Assembly (NCBI GenBank): GCA_038087875.1
Contig: CM075993.1
Span: forward strand, 12,092,001-12,156,000
DNA length: 64,000 nucleotides
Direction of reading: 5' to 3'
From: Malacoraja senta
Taxonomy: Eukaryota
The notes under the pieces were generated by a model. It was given only the letters and a program-made list of their open reading frames with translations, was not told the DNA's origin and searched no databases. The translations under genes and the position numbers were made by a program. Each line of letters opens with the position of its first letter. Position 1 is the stretch's first letter. This document shows, piece by piece, positions 35,850 through 48,267 of the stretch.

Positions 35850-38800
35850 AACCATATAATAACCATATAGCAATTACAGCACAGAAACAGGCCATCTCGA
35901 CCCTTCTAGTCCATGCCGAACACGTATTCTCCCCTAGTCCCATATACCTGCGCTCAGACCATAACCCTCCATTCCTTTCCCGTCCATATAACTATCCAAT
36001 TTATTTTTAAATGATAAAAACGAACCTGCCTCCACCACCTTCACTGGAAGCTCATTCCACACAGCCACCACTCTCTGAGTAAAGAAGTTCCCCCTCATGT
36101 TACCCCTAAACTTCTGTCCCTTAATTCTCAAGTCATGTCCCCTTGTTTGAATCTTCCCTACTCTCAGTGGGAAAAGCTTATCCACGTCAACTCTGTCTAT
36201 CCCTCTCATCATTTTAAAGACCTCTATCAAGTCCCCCCTTACCCTTCTGCGCTCCAAAGAATAAAGCCCTAACTTGTTCAACCTTTCTCTGTCACTTAGT
36301 TGTTGAAACCCAGGCAACATTCTAGTAAATCTCTGTACTCTCTCTATTTTGTTGACATCCTTCCTATAATTAGGCGACCAAAATTGTACACCATACTCCA
36401 GAATTGGCCTCACCAATGCCTTGTACAATTTTAACATTACATCCCAACTTCTATACTCAATGCTCTGATTTATAAAAGCCAGCACACCAAAAGCTTTCTT
36501 TACCACCCTATCTACATGAGATTCCACTTTCAGGGAACTGTGCACAGTTATTCAAAGATCCCTCTGTTCACCTGCATTCTTCAATTCCCTACCATTTACC
36601 ATGTACGTCCTATTTTGATTTGTCCTGCCAAGATGTAGCACCTCACACTTATCAGCATTAAACTCCATCTGCCATCTTTCAGCCCACACTTCCAACCGGC
36701 ATAAATCTCTCTGTAGACTTTGAAAATCTACTTCATTATCCACAGCCCCACCTATCTTAGTATCATCTGCATACTTACTAATCCAATTTACCACACCATC
36801 ATCCAGATCATTGATGTACATGACAAACAACAGTGGACCCAACACAGATCCCTGTGGCACCCCACTAGTCACTGGCCTGCAACCTGACAAACAACCATCC
36901 ACCATTACTATCTGGCAACTCCCATTCAGCCACTGTTGAATCCATCTTGCTACTCCACCATTAATACCCAACCATTGAACCTTCTTAACCAACCTTCCGT
37001 GAGGAACCTTGTCAAAGGCCTTACTGAACATCCACGGCTTTACCCTCATCAATTTCCCGAGTAACCTCTTCAAAAAATTCAAGAAGATTAGTCAAACATG
37101 ACCTTCCAGGCACAAATCCATGTTGACTGTTCCTAATCAGCCCCTGTTTATCCAGATGCTTATATATATTATCTCTAAGTATCCTTTCCATTAATTTGCC
37201 CACCACTGACTTCAAACTAACAGGTCTATAATTGCTAGGTTTACTCTTAGACCCCTTTTTAAACAATGGAACAACATGCGCAGTACGCCAATCCTCCGGC
37301 ACTATTGCCGTTTCCAATGACATTTGAAATATTTCTGTCATAGCCCCTGCTATTTCTACACTAACTTCCCTCAATGTCCTAGGGAATATCCTATCCGGAC
37401 CTGGAGACTTATCCACTTTTATATTTCTCAAAAGTGTCAGTACTTCCTCTTCTTTGAATCTCATAGTTTCCATAGCTACTCTACTTGTTTCCCTTACCTC
37501 ACATAATTCAATATCCTTCTCCTTGGTGAATACCGAACAAAAGAAATTGTTCAATATCTCCCCCATCTCTTTTGGCTCTGCAGATACCTGTCCACTCTGA
37601 CTCTCTAATGGATCAATTTTATCCCTCGTTATCCTTTTGCTATTAATATAGCTGTAGAAACCCTTTGGATTTACTTTCACCTTACTTGCCAAAGCAACCT
37701 CATATCTTCTTTTAGCTTTTCTAATTTCTTTCTTAAGACTCTTTTTACATTTTTTATACTCCTCAAGCACCTCATTTACTCCATGCTGCCTATAATTATT
37801 GTAGATCTCTCTCTTTTTCCGAACTAAGTGTCCAATTTCCCTTGAAAACCATGGCTCTTTCCAATTTTTACTATTTCCTTTCAACCGAACAGGGACATAA
37901 AGATTCTGTACTCTTAAAATTTCACCTTTAAATGTCCTCCATTTCTCTTCCACATCTTTCCCATAAAACAAACTGTCCCAATTTACTCCTTTTAAATCCT
38001 TTCGCATCTCCTCAAAGTTAGCCTTTCTCCAATCAAAAATCTCAACGCTAGGTCCAGTTCTGACCCTCTCCATAATTATATTGAAACTAATGGTATTGTG
38101 ATCACTGGTCCCGAACTGTTCCCCAACGCATACCTCTGCCACCTGACCCGTCTCATTTCCTAACAGGAGGTCCAGCAGGTAGGTACTTCTCTAGTAGGTA
38201 CTTCTATGTATTGCTGCAAAAAACTATCCTGCACACATTTTACAAACTCCAACCCATCCAGCCCATTTACAGAATGTGTTTCCCAGTCTATGTGTGGAAA
38301 ATTGAAATCTCCCACAATCACTACCTTGTGCTTACTACTAATATCTGCAATCTCCTTACATATTTGCTCTTCCAATTCTCGCTCCCCATTTGGCGGTCTA
38401 TAATACACCCCTATGAGTGTTGCTACCCCTTTCCCATTTCTCAGTTCCACCCAAATAGCCTCCCTAGAAGAGCCCTCTAATCTATCCTGCCAAAGCACTG
38501 CTGTAATATCTTCCCTGATAAGCAATGCAACACCTCCACCTCTTGCCCCTCCAATTCTATCACACCTGAAGCAACGAAATCCTGGATTATTTAGTTTCCA
38601 ATGACAGCCCTCCTGCAACCATGTTTCACTGATCGCCACAACATCATACTTCCAGGTGTCAATCCAGGCTTTAAGTTCATCCACCTTTCTTACAATGCTC
38701 CTAGCATTAAAATATACAAATTTAAGAAACCCACCCTCTCTTATTCTCCGTTTATTGTCTTTTTCTTCTCTCTCCCCTACATTTTGGGTCAGAGTGCTTC

Positions 38801-38987
38801 CATTCTCTGCCTCCTGCCTCACACACTGACTGCTAGCTTTCACAATTTGAGTCCCTCCCCCCAACCATACTAGTTTAAAGTCTCCCCAGTAGCCTTTGCA
38901 AATCTACCCGCCAGGATATTGGTCCCCCTCGAGTTCAAGTGCAACCCATCCTTTCTGTACAGGTCGCACCTTCCCCAAAAGAGGTCC
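35850..38987 (-). mobile_element. CR1 LINE (end of ORF1 esterase and near-complete frameshifted ORF2 APE-RT) inserted in the ERV 3' LTR
   Basis: ORF1 tail RKDGLHLNSRGTNIL (SGNH block V-like); APE motifs YFNARSI, ISETWL, GGGVAL, YYRPP, VGDFN, SDH; RT YADD; (ATATGGTT)n tail; possible TSD CATTT. Confidence 0.95.
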
Positions 38988-39312
38988 CATTTGCAGAGTT
39001 TTCATACATATTATCAATTAGGAGGAAATTAGGAGGACACCTGGATCTTTCACCATCCTGCATATCAATCTAGGTCTCAGACTGGCCGGCGCCATTCACA
39101 GCCTGTACTTTTCCCTGACAAATGTTAAGCAAATCTTACAAATGCATGGATCTTCCATTTTATAGTGTCTTTAATTTGGTCAATATTAACAATTCCTCCA
39201 TTTTATCATTTATGATAACCCATCATTAATGATAACCAAAATACAATAATGACCGCTTCACTCTAACAAATAACCTAACAAAAAGATGCTGATGTATTTT
39301 TCCAGAATTTTA

Positions 39313-41153
39313 TCAAGCTTCCCGAGTTTTCATGGGTGTAGCTTCATGATTTCCGTCTGATGAGTCTTCATCTCCCGAGTTTTCGTGGGCGCGAATCCCA
39401 TCCATCAATCTTGATAGTTCATCTGTGCTTGATTCAGAATAGAGTATGAAGTTCCTAAGAGAACCTGGGATAAAGTAAGTTAGCAGTCCCCATTTCCACT
39501 GATATGTACCCATATGTACGGTGCTGGAGATGTACCCATGCATACCTTCCATCCACTTTCACTGCTGTTGGAGTCGTTAGGAGAACCTGGTAAGGTCCCT
39601 CCCGTGAACCTCCAATCCTTTCCTCACCCAATTCTTTATAAGGACATAGTCTCCAGGTTTCACTTTAATGGGAGTTGCTAACAAAGGCATCTTGCTATAG
39701 GCTGCTCTTACTCTACAATGTGAGTCCCTTAAGGCTCTGGTCAAAGCTAGAATGTATAATGGGAAGATGGTTTAGTAGTTGTGCAGTATCTTTCCGATTA
39801 CTGGCCACTAATAAATCATCGACATACTGCACTAATGTTGAATTAATTTCAAATTTTAAAGTACTCAATTGGTCTTGTAGGCACCTGGAAAATAAAGTAG
39901 GCGAATTGATGAACCCTTGAGGCATTCTGGTCCAGGTGTATTGTTGGCCCCTATATGTGAAAGCAAACAAATATTGGCTGTCTTTGTGAAGAGGCAGAGA
40001 AAAGAATGCATGTTGCTTCAGCCGGTATTTGGGCTAGGATATGGGCAGGGTTTGGCACTAAAGCATGGAGCGGTTCCACAACAGAATTGATTTCTCTCAG
40101 ATCTTGCACAAGTCTATATTGGCCCTCCTTTCCCGGCTTTGGAATGGCAAGAATAAGGGTGTTACAAATCGATTGGCACTTCCCCAGTATTCCTTGTTCC
40201 AGCAATCCCCGAATCAATTTGTCAATGCTGTTGACGGCCTGTAATTTTAATGGATATTGTTGTATTGAAGGAAGTGTTACCCCTTTCTGGAGAGCTACTT
40301 GGATGGGATTGATGTTCACGCATCCTACCTGAGCTGTGTCCTTTGCCCACACTTGAGGGTCCACATACTCGCATATCTCACTCCCCAGATGATGACGTAA
40401 GCGGGTAACAACTGTCCTTGGGCCTGATAAAATTCAACAAATTAGACAAATTTTGCTTTTGGTAATTGTTCGGGTCCGCTATGGTGATTGCCTTTCTTAC
40501 CATTGTTCCTAGGTCTTTGGCACTCGCCGGGTAGTTTGCCTTTCGGGTAATGTGAGGAGCAACCCCTGCAGTTCTCTTCCATAGTTGTACTGGTATTTTG
40601 GTGTACTCGGCAGCTCCCACTTTTCCCTCAACTAGTGCCAACACTTCTACCTCCCAATGGTGTCCTGCGTGTGGTTTAAAGAAAGCTTCCAGCTCTTTAT
40701 TCTTCCCACTCCTGTCGTAAGCCAGTGTATTGTGAAGTGGAGGTTCTTCGTCCAGATCTAGGGGTTTAGGGGTCACTATGAGTAACACTGTCGTACGGGA
40801 GCCCAGGGGGTCACTACTGTGCCTCTGTCGCCACATTCTATTTTTAATTGGAAAGCACAGAGCAAATCTCTAGCCATCAAATTGCAATCTAATCTGGTTA
40901 TTATCACAAATCTGTGTCTGATTGCCTTTCCTTCATATACTACAACTGGCTCAGAGATGGGATACTGGCAGACTTGTGCTTGAAACCCGGACAGGTTCTG
41001 AACTTCTTTTGATTCCGGGTGATTATAAATTGATTGAAGGGATGACATGGATGCGCATGTGTCTACCAAGAAGGTGCAGATTTTTCCTTCTACCTGTAGA
41101 GACAATATAGGTGCTTCATCAGACTTGTATCCAGTCACTATTAGGTTTACTAA
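39313..41153 (-). pseudogene. pol: ERV pro-pol remnant: protease, putative 2H phosphodiesterase, N-terminal RT, large deletion, integrase C-terminus
   Basis: FLVDTCAS...NLMARDLL; QQYPL, CNTLILAIPKP, YRLVQDLREIN, FAFTY, WTRMPQGFINSP, QYVDDLL; then KPGDYVLIK...[15 protein letters not shown] (39500-39660). Confidence 0.9.
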
Positions 41154-43156
41154 TCATAGGCGTGTAATTGGGTTATTCTGGGAAAAGAGATTTTCCCCCT
41201 TGATTCTTGATTCTCCTGCCAGTTCCCTCTGTGCTCTCTATGAACCCATTGATCTCTGGGATCTCTCCATTCTCTCTGGTCTTGAACATTTCTTCTGTGA
41301 CCCCCCTCTTTCGTTCCTTTCTCTGTTTGGGCACTCCCTACTCCAGTGACCTATCCCTCCGCAAGTATAACACTCCTGATTTCCTCAAACTTGGTCTCTG
41401 GGACACTGGCTCTAGGGCAGGTATTTCTCTGTGATATCGGTCTAAATATTCCGGGACTCTAATTCTCCCAATCCGTAATTTGCTGATACTCTGGGGATCC
41501 ATGGTTCACGATCAGATTTTGGCACTTCATTTTTGATTACATATTCGGTCTTTTGTTTTACTGCAGGCGGGCTCTCCTGTTTCTTTATGTCCCTCCAGTG
41601 ATATATTACTGCCCGAGCCATTTGGCTGGCACTATTTTCTGTCCAGTCCATGATATTAGTTTTAATGGATTCTGCTACATTAGTGGGAAGGCAAGTTAAT
41701 AAGATGGTACAGTATTGTGGGGAATTTACTCCATTTCGATAATTTAAGTCTCCCGATTGATCCATATATAATTTGGAGAATCGTTCTAAAAATTCTTCTG
41801 CTCACTCTCCCTTTTTTAGTCTTCTATCTAGGATTCTGGCTAAGTCAATCGGCTTTTGAAGGGTATTTGCAAGGGCTGTTAAAACAGCCTCTTCTCTTGC
41901 ACTATTGTCTGCTATTATATTTGCCAGAGCTTCATGCGTCAGATGTCCTAGAATTGTAAGGAACCTGGTGTGTTCACGGGGTAATTATTTGCTGGATCAC
42001 TGCCCATAAATCACGGGAGTCTGCTTGATACACGCGCATTGTAGTTCTTCAGTGATCCACAAAGGAAGCAGGTGATTTTCTACGATCGGGTATTTGACTT
42101 AAAATGGCCATCATTTCGTTGGGTTTCCATGGGGTATAGACTTTTATTGTACGGGAATTATTTGCACTCACTGCGTTGGTCGGATCAAAGGAAGGAATTG
42201 GCATTTCCCTGACAGGGAACTGTCTACGGGTTGTTTGTTTAGTTTTTGTACTTTCTGCCATATCAAGATCTATCTCGGTTTCTTCTATTGTTGTCTCATC
42301 CCCAGATGTATCTTCCTCCTCACTAGGGGGTTCACGGTACCTTCTAAATGACTCCCTTTACTCTCTCTCTACTCGTCCAACTCGTCTAGGGTTAAAGCTC
42401 ACAAGAATACTCTGGTTTCTGTACCCTTCTTCTACCTTCTTTGTCCTTAACTATTTGAGTTTTATTTTTCGTTTGGCTTCTGGTACCGTGAACTCTCGGA
42501 CTATCTATTATTAATGGAGCGATCGGGTTCTGTGCCACAGAATCTGATTGTCTATTGCGTTCACAAGCTACACAATGTGTATCTGAAGCGCGGGGAATGC
42601 AAAAGGAATAAGGTGGTGGCCGTGGATTTCCAACTTTAACACTTTCCCAATCCTCTAAATACTCATCGTCGTCCCCCTCAAAACTAACGCCAACCATCGG
42701 GTCCTCAAGCTCGAGACCTACTGGTGCCAGTTTCCCTTCGGAAGATTTCCTTCTCTCCTGCTCTCTAATACATCCATGCTCCTCTTTCAGGAAGCCTGGA
42801 GGTCAGTACGCTTCAGTATCTTCTAATTCTATCCCCCGCATCAGAGTTGCTTCCTTCCAACTTGCCATTCTCACAGCCTCTCTACTCGCCTTCCGTTTCT
42901 CATAATAATTTCTCCACAATCCAATTAATTCCCTTGCCTCCTCACTATCGCTGCATTGCCAGATAATTTGCCCAATGTACTTTACTCCTTTCAATGTCCC
43001 AACGCCACCCTCAGGCCATAATTCGCTCCCTAATTCTTTATTTAATACCACGGAAAGGTTTCTCAATCATTCAGCTCTCTGTGGAAATTCGTTGCATATT
43101 CATTGTAATGGACTTTCAGAATCGGCAATCATATCTGTTTCCGCGTGATTCCCCAT
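41154..43156 (-). pseudogene. gag: ERV gag remnant
   Basis: Met-Gly start at 43156, LWPEGG in the matrix region, PPPY late domain (~42607-42618), QFPVRE...YTPW capsid start, one CCHC knuckle CYTCGGIGHWSREC (~41331-41372); several stops and frameshifts. Confidence 0.85.
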
Positions 43157-43304
43157 GCTTTTGGATTATGGAACCAACTCCTAAGCCACGCACACCTTCT
43201 TAACAACTCACACCTCCCTCTCAATCTCCCGAACAATGGCCAAAGGCTCCGAAGCGCCCTCGCAGTCTCGCGCCTCTTTCACTCTTTCAACACAATCGAT
43301 CTTT

Positions 43305-44910
43305 CATAGAAACATAGAAACATAGAAAATAGGTGCAGGAGAAGGCCATTCGGCCCTTCGAGCCTGCACCGCCATTCAATATGATCATGGCTGATCATCC
43401 AACTCAGTATCCTGTACCTGTCTTCTCTCCATACCCCCTGATCCCTTTAGCCACAAGGGCCACATCTAACTCCCTCTTAAATATAGCCAATGAACTGGCC
43501 TCAACTACATTCTGTGGCAGAGAATTCCACAGATTCACCACTCTCTGTGTGAAAAATGATTTTCTCATCTCGGTCCTAAAAGACTTCCCCCTTATCCTTA
43601 AACTGTGACCCCTTGTTCTGGACTTCCCCAACATCGGGAACAATCTTCCTGTCCAACCCCTTAAGAATCTTGTAAGTTTCTATAAGATCCCCCCTCAATC
43701 TTCTAAATTCTAACGACAAGCCGAGTCTATCCAGTCTTTCTTCATATGAAAGTCCTGCCATCCCAGGAATCAGTCTGGTGAACCTTCTCTGTACTCCCTC
43801 TATGGCAAGAATGTCTTTCCTCAGGTTTGGTGACCAAAACTGTACGCAATACTCCAGGTGTGGCCTCACCAAGACCCTGTACAACTGCAGTAGAACCTCC
43901 CTGCTCTTATACTCAAATCCTTTTGCTATGAATTCTAACATACCATTCGCTTTCTTCACTGCCTGCTGCACCTGCATGCCTACTTTCAATGACTGGTGTA
44001 CCATGACACCCAGATCTCGTTGCATCTCCCCTTTTCCTAATCGGCCACCATTCAGATAATAGTCTACTTTCCTGTTTTTACCACCAAAGTGGATAACCTC
44101 ACATTTATCCACATTATACTGCATCTGCCATGCATTTGCCCACTCACCCAACCTATCCAAGTCACCTTGCAGCCTCCTAGCATCCTCCTCACAGCTAACA
44201 CTGCCCCCCAGCTTCGTGTCATCTGCAAACTTGGAGATGTTGCATTCAATTCCCTCATCCAGATCATTAATATATATTGTAAATAGCTGGGGTCCCAGCA
44301 CTGAGCCTTGCGGTACCCCACTAGTCACTGCCTGCCATTCTGAAAAGGACCCGTTTACTCCTACTCTTTGCTTCCTGTCTGCCAGCCAGTTCTCTATCCA
44401 CATCAATACTGAACCCCCAATACCGTGTGCTTTAAGTTTGCATACTAATCTCTTATGTGGGACCTTGTCGAAAGCCTTCTGAAAGTCCAGATATAACACA
44501 TCCACTGGTTCTCCCTTATCCACTCTACTAGTTACATCCTCGAAAAATTCTATAAGATTCCTCAGACATGATTTACCTTTCATAAATCCATGCTGACTTT
44601 GTCCAATGATTTCACCACTTTCCAAATGTGCTGCTATCCCATCTTTAATAACTGACTCTAGCATTTTCCCCACTACCGATGTTAGACTAACTGGTCTGTA
44701 ATTCCCCGTTTTCTCTCTCCCTCACTTTTTAAAAAGTGGGGTTACATTAGCTACTCTCCAATCCTCAGGAACTACTCCAGAATCTAAAGAGTTCTGATAA
44801 ATTATCACAAATGCATCCACTATTTCCGAGGCTATTTCCTTAAGTACTCTGGGATGCAGCCTGTCTGGCCCTGGGGATTTATCGGCCTTTAATCCATTCA
44901 ATTTACATAA
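43305..44910 (-). mobile_element. 5'-truncated CR1 LINE in the ERV leader (RT ORF 43576-44673)
   Basis: [35 protein letters not shown]; (TTTCTATG)n tail. Confidence 0.93.
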
Positions 44911-46359
44911 CATTTCCAATTCACTATCCAAATTCTTCTACTCTCCCACAAATCCACACAATTTCAACATTTACAATTTTAACAATCCTCAATCATCCAA
45001 AGATTAATGTGCTCCAGGGAACAATCAAACACAATCAAACACTTTCCCGCAGCCCGTTTCCTAATTGCGCAACCTCAATCCAAACACATGCAAATGAGCT
45101 CCAAACATGCAAGCAAAACCGTACACAGACGAGAAATTATACCACTTATTATTTTCATACAAACCACACTCCTATATAAACCACAAGCATTTGTCTAATA
45201 TCGCATTCGTTAACTGTACAGTTCCAAAAGCAAATCACAATATATTTTAATTCCTCCTCGTGGTGTGCTCGGTCAATGGAACAATCCCTTCCCCGACACA
45301 GCGATCGGAAGGATACAAACCCTGGACGAACAATCACGAGTCGGGCTCCAATTATAACAACAGTCCCAATCAAACTATATTCTTATAGCCGATTTAAACT
45401 ATTATTACAACAGTGTATCTAGCATTCAAAATTCAAATCAAAGGCAATGCACAATAAATACAATGCAACGATCCAGTCTTAAACACACTTTTAAAATGTA
45501 GCCTTACAAATCTTAACTATTAACAAATCTCACAAAGTATTTATACACAAGTTAACTTGGAAAAAGAGATATGTACACTGTGAATTAACCAGCACCTCAA
45601 TATGAGGGTCTAAATATTAGTAAATTTGAATCAAAGAATTTTCACTTTATTATTTTTATCCAATTAACTTATTGGTACGCAAACTTGAATTCAAAATTTG
45701 TACGGAAACGTCTTTAGGGATATGAAATTCTCAGATTGATTAAAGTATTTTCGGCCAATTTATACAAATCAGTGAGTGCCCGGTACCTTTCGAGACTCCT
45801 TCCTCCATTTTACAGGGATCCAGATAATCTCACACAGGCAGGGACTTGAAACTGCCTCGGTTCACCCTTGCAAGGGGCTCCCCTTCCTACGTGCTGGGTA
45901 CCGGGTGTCAGCGCGTAATCTCTTCACGCTGGCAGTCGATGCAAATTTTTAGAGCGCCTTTCCAATCTGCGCCCCCAGCAATGACGCAGTACTTTGCCTC
46001 TAAGTACTGTTTAAACCCAGTTTTGTTTTCCAATATCCAGCCAATCGGATATCGAATTCTGGGCAGGGCCTCTAACCACTGGAGTTTTACGGGCCTTTAA
46101 CCCAACGGAGAGGGCCTTTAACACAACCCTAAGAAGGGGCCTCTAACCCCAAAGGCCCGAATGCCCCCAGTGCTTGCTAGACTCCTGTTCTACGATTTCT
46201 TTGGGACCCTTTCCCAAGTTCGCGAATGATCGATCTGCTCCGACTAGCGAAGAGGGGAAAACCGATGCGAAAACCGCACCGTGGCGCCGATTTCTCCCCT
46301 CGCGATCTGGAACAGCTCAACACCCTTGACCGCAAACCTGTGTTTGGGGGTCCGTTGAG

Positions 46360-46377
46360 ATCCCGGACGAGCCCCCA
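46360..46377 (-). promoter_or_regulatory. Primer-binding site complementary to tRNA-Pro
   Basis: TGGGGGCTCGTCCGGGAT, 1 nt after the 5' LTR terminal CA; matches the canonical 18-nt PBS-Pro. Confidence 0.95.
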
Positions 46378-47984
46378 ATGTAAATATTCTCCTAAAGATT
46401 AACCCCCCTTAGTCTAGTTCAGTAAAAACACTGAGTCAAGCACTGGACCAACTCATCTTTATTTTAGAATGATAGACAAATTCCCCTATACGATACCTAA
46501 CCATCGCACGTTCGATCCTTGTTTTGCCTGGCCAAGCCCTTCAGCCTCATGCAAGCAGACATGATCCAAAAGCTCACGCCGTCCCAACCGCCCTTCCAGA
46601 AGATCGACACCGATCTAAATGGGGGCAACTTTTTATAGGTTAACGAACCTTGAGGGGCTGAACTAAATAGGGTGGTTCCCCTTACAAACCAATAATACAT
46701 ATCAATTACATCAAAGTATTATTGACAGTTCCCCAACCCAATTACAAAGAGTCTCAAACAATGTTTCTACAGAAGCTTCTGGATAGTGAATAGTGCAACA
46801 TTTACCCTGGAATACAAAACAATTCTGCCAGGGCTTCATACTCTGGTCAATCAACAAACAGCAGGGTAACTGTCTTGCAACATTATTTATAATCCCTTTG
46901 CAGTAATCCAATCAAAGCAATGCATTTAAGTTTCTTTGCAGAGTTTTCATACCTATTATCAATTAGGAGGACACATGGATCTTTTACCATCCTGCATATC
47001 AATCTAGGGCTCAGACTGGCCGGCGCCATTCACAGCCTGTACTTTTCCACTGACAAAGGTTACGCAAATCTTACAAATTCAGGGATCCTCCATTTTATAG
47101 TGTTTTTAATTTGGTCAATATTAACAGTTAGACTCACTCACTTCCCAGCCATTCTACACCTTTCTGAGCTTTTTAAAAATAGAGGCACAACATTAGCTAC
47201 ACTCCAATCTTCCGGCACCTCACTCATATCCAATGATGATTCATATATCGCAGGTAGGACCCGCGATTTCCTCTCACAGTGTCGTCACATACATCTGATC
47301 GGGCCCAGGATATTCGCCACCTTCCTACGCCTTCGAATGTTCAACACGTCAACCATAAAACAGACTGTCCTCAAGATCTCCATTAACTGTACCACGAGCC
47401 TCCATGCCCTGCTCAGTAAAAACAGAGAAGAAATAAGTTCATGTCATAGGGGCATAATTACGCCATTTGGCCCAACGAGTCTACTCTGTCATTCGATCTT
47501 GGCTGATCTATCTTCCCCTCTCATCTTCACATTCTCCTGCCTTCTCCATGGAGTAGACTTGATGGGCTGAGTAGCCGAATTTATGAACGTGTAGCGGCTC
47601 CTGCTGGCGCACGCAGGTATCGAACCCGGCGTTCGGAAGCCGCGGTTACGTGACTCGGGAGGGGCTGCTATTTTCAGGCAGTTTTGCTTTCGCGCCTCAG
47701 TTGTGTTGCTGACCACCGTTGTGGTCAGACGTGTTTGCGGAGACCTGTATGCCAAGGAGCTATTGTGTTAATAAATCAGTTCGGAAAGCTTGGTTGTCGT
47801 CTTTGCATCCGCCAAAAATGTATGATGACCCCAGGATATTTTCCTTATTCCTGCATTAATCAAAAGGTTCAGATTTCATTGCATGGAGTCGGGGCTCGGC
47901 CAACATAGTCAACGCCTGGCCTTTTGTGATGAGTTAAATCATCAGAGCTCAGCCCTGTGATCGGACCCACTCCCGGCTGCAGAG

Positions 47985-48120
47985 GGCGAGGCAGCATTCA
48001 GTGCAGCAGCAGCGCAGCAACAGTGCAGCAGCAGCGCAGCATTCAGCGCAGCAACAGTGCAGCAGCAGCAGCGCAGTAACGGTGCAACATTCCGTGCAGC
48101 AGCAGTGCAGTGCAACATCT
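47985..48120. repeat. GCA/CAG-rich low-complexity repeat
   Basis: Repeated GCAGCAGCAGCGCAGCAACAGT units. Confidence 0.8.
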
Positions 48121-48267
48121 GCTGGGGAGGAGGGAGGGAGGGTATTGTCACATCCTGGCTGCAGATGTGAAGTAATAATGATATCGACACATTATCAAGA
48201 GGTTACATTCATTGTTCTCCATGTTTATTACCTCACACAGTCACAGCTTCCATCTTGGCTTACACAG

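Larger units (their letters stand above)
35282..47126 (-). mobile_element. Class I (epsilon-like) endogenous retrovirus, defective, env-less, with two CR1 insertions
   Basis: 5' LTR 46379-47126; 3' LTR 35282-35849 plus 38988-39191; TG..CA ends; 4-bp TSD GTTA (35278-35281, 47127-47130); PBS-Pro; PPT AAAATGGAGGAAT (39192-39204); gag, pro, RT and IN remnants. Confidence 0.95.

Noticed and set aside
39313..39552. ERV env or accessory ORF
   Set aside because: Short and acidic, no signal peptide, furin site or TM segment; overlaps the frameshifted integrase tail.
45846..47570. ORFs on the + strand over the ERV leader and LTR (e.g. 46920-47570, 216 aa)
   Set aside because: They cross element boundaries (LTR into old CR1) and show no recognisable domain.
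47547..47890. Possible insertion flanked by a CATGGAGT direct repeat
   Set aside because: The left part resembles a CR1 3' end and there are no terminal features; the 8-bp match may be chance.
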